Position numbers and translations under genes: made by a program. Positions 62,732 through 64,000 of a DNA stretch of 64,000 bases are shown here, piece by piece. Positions within the stretch are counted from its first letter, which is position 1, and each line of letters begins with the position of its first letter. A model generated the notes under the pieces. The model was not told where the DNA came from and ran no database searches. It saw nothing but the letters and a program-made list of their open reading frames with translations. Origin of the DNA: Phyllosticta citribraziliensis (taxonomy: Eukaryota); contig NW_027117342.1 of assembly GCF_038025025.1 (NCBI RefSeq), positions 1,054,001 to 1,118,000 of the forward strand, read 5' to 3'.

Positions 62732-63488
62732 CCACCTGAGTTACCCTTTTTGGCCATTGCGTTCAACGATCGTTTGAATGCTTCCAGTCGGACCTTCCGG
62801 CTGCAGCGGCATCGTCGCTGCGCCCGATCTTGTCCGCTTGGAAAGCCGTTACCCTTTTTGGACATGACGTTTGACATTGAACGTCTATTGAAGAACGAAC
62901 GGTCGAATGCTCCCAGGCCGGATGCTCCGTCCAAGCGCTGGCTGTGTGGACGCCAACCGCCACTACCTGAGTTACCCTTTTCGGACGTGACATTAAACAT
63001 CGAACGTCTATAAAAAGACGAATGCTCGAACGCTCCCAGCTGGAACCCGCCCTGCCCATTACCATCCGAGTTACCCTTTTTGGAAGTGACATCAACTTCG
63101 AACGTCTATTGAATGGCAAACGCTCGAACGCTTCCAGCTGGTACGCGCAGCCCTGCTAGGCAACCACCACCCAAGCTACCCTTTTTGGACGTGATATTTC
63201 ACACCAAAAGTCTACTCAAAAACAAACGGTCGAACGCTTCCAGCCGGAACCCGCACCGCAGCCTTGCCCACTACATGTACGGACCTACGTACCACCCGAG
63301 TTACCCTTTTTGGCCAGGGAATTCATTTAACATCGAACGACTGTTGAATAACGACCGCTCGAATGCTCCCAGCCGGAACCCGCACCGCAGCCTTGCCCGC
63401 GACCACCAACCAAGTTACCCTTTTTGGCCATGCCATTTAACATTGAACGTTTATTCCAAACCGAACGCTCGAATGCTCCAATGCCGGA
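62732..63488. repeat. Degenerate tandem array: seven ~75-nt conserved cores separated by variable linkers
   Basis: G(T/C)TACCCTTTT(T/C)GG at 62740, 62848, 62971, 63070, 63175, 63300, 63414, each followed by ~ACATYGAACGTCTATTGAA..CGSTCGAAYGCTYCCAG (unit 1 internally shortened). Confidence 0.88.
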
Positions 63489-64000
63489 CGCACCAGCAGC
63501 TGGCTGCGTGAGCCGAATGCCTAATACGCCCCGCTCTCTCTCGAACGACCTTGCCGTCATTTCAGACCAGCACAACCACAGTCGCGGCCCACATCTCCTG
63601 GCTTACCAGGCTCATGTCAACCTCCACATTTACTCTCACCACCTCAACATCAACATCGCTGCTCACACTTTGCCGCCGCGCCAACCACCAGAACGCCCGC
63701 CCAAGAACGCACCAACGTTGACCGTAATTAGAGTACCGCTGCCGCAAAACGTAGCGCCTGCAGCACGAAGGCGACTATGCAAGGACATGGTTGACAAGCA
63801 CCATTATGTTTACGGAGCTGGCGAGCTTAAGAACATGAGAATTGAGCAATCAACGTGGCTCTCTCCTACCGCTTGACAAATCTCCTTTTGGACTGAAATC
63901 TCAGCGTGACAGTTTCATTTTTATTGTCAAGACGTTTCCTCATGCTGGATCCTGCGGAGATTCTGGTGTTTTTGCGAGGTGGTCCTTGCTTTTGGCATTC

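Noticed and set aside
62732..63488. CRISPR array interpretation
   Set aside because: Eukaryotic context, no cas genes, repeats too long and degenerate, and linkers partly related to each other.

Overview
Eukaryotic, GC-rich, intron-containing DNA from a filamentous ascomycete (Pezizomycotina; Dothideomycete-like is inference only). It is a gene-dense core region with about 17 protein-coding genes, whose exons I reconstructed by hand from GT/GC-AG sites and CTRAC-type branch points: U1A-family snRNP protein, VMA8, SYF1, a small conserved protein, a membrane-anchored glutaredoxin, a 7TM-like membrane protein, alcohol dehydrogenase, a small hypothetical protein, a secreted aspartic protease, a TPR-like protein, an MFS transporter, a CSC1/OSCA channel, ATG18, a PPM2/TYW4-JmjC fusion, PPS1, PRP22, a VCX1-like Ca2+/H+ exchanger and a SNF2-RING ATPase. 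No tRNA, rRNA, transposase or CRISPR-Cas was found. Three observations stand out. (1) A near-exact mimic of U1 snRNA stem-loop II (AUUGCAC loop) overlaps the 5' splice site of an intron in the U1A gene itself, suggesting splicing-level autoregulation. (2) An unexplained array of seven ~75-nt conserved cores separated by variable linkers lies at 62.7-63.5 kb. (3) Many genes show abrupt GC3-rich 3' ends, most clearly PRP22. All calls are by eye; no database searches or folding programs were run.
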